From: Thecamonas trahens ATCC 50062
Taxonomy: Eukaryota; Protista; Apusomonadida
Direction: 5' to 3'
Assembly: GCF_000142905.1 (NCBI RefSeq)
Contig: NW_013657586.1
Location: 1-9,949, forward strand
DNA: 9,949 bases
Shown: piece after piece, positions 9,878 to 9,949 of the stretch
Position numbering within the stretch: position 1 is the stretch's first letter
Layout: each line of letters opens with the position of its first letter
The notes under the pieces: model-generated
Seen by the model: only the letters and a program-made list of their open reading frames with translations
What the model was told of the DNA's origin: nothing
The model's database searches: none
Program-made: the position numbers and the translations under genes

Positions 9878-9949
9878 CTGTGGGGGGGGAGGGGGGGTCG
9901 GGGTAGGGGAGGGAGGTAGGGTAGGTAGGGTAGGGTAGGTAGGTAACGG
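9878..9949 (-). other. Probable 3' end of a spliceosomal intron (C-rich tract, branch-point-like CCGAC, CAG acceptor)
   Basis: The sense strand reads ...ctaccccgaccccccctccccccccaCAG|ACACACTCG. After the AG (9878) the frame continues without a stop as THSLTASETDELLTGLAS into the ATG at 9823. Confidence 0.65.
9882..9945 (+). repeat. G-rich low-complexity tract: G runs followed by an imperfect (GGTA/GGGTA)n microsatellite
   Basis: ggggggggagggggggtcggggtaggggagggaggtagggtaggtagggtagggtaggtaggta. Confidence 0.9.

Noticed and set aside
9900-9949. Chromosome end (true telomere)
   Set aside because: The array is short, mixes 4- and 5-nt units and ends in non-repeat sequence (aacgg). The gene's 5' part is expected to lie further right.

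Overview
This is GC-rich eukaryotic DNA, probably from a protist or fungus-like microbial eukaryote (inferred, not determined). It is almost entirely one minus-strand gene, midasin (MDN1/Rea1), the giant six-AAA+ ATPase of pre-60S ribosome maturation. The window holds the N-terminal domain, all six AAA modules and the start of the helical linker; the D/E-rich tail and MIDAS domain must lie beyond position 1. The ORF track splits the gene into three pieces because of two apparent single-base deletions (~6024-6025 and 5326-5328). A 583-N gap (208-790) is followed by a 240-bp stretch (791-1030) that is a mosaic of 1615-1857 and 115-184. Removing 208-1031 rejoins the midasin frame, which then stays open to the window edge. 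A C-rich repeat ending in CAG at 9878 looks like an intron 3' end, so the true start is probably in an upstream exon. I find no support for a new biological system. The notable signals are the collapsed ~825-bp tandem-duplication or chimera signature, the two frameshifts and the hidden splice acceptor.
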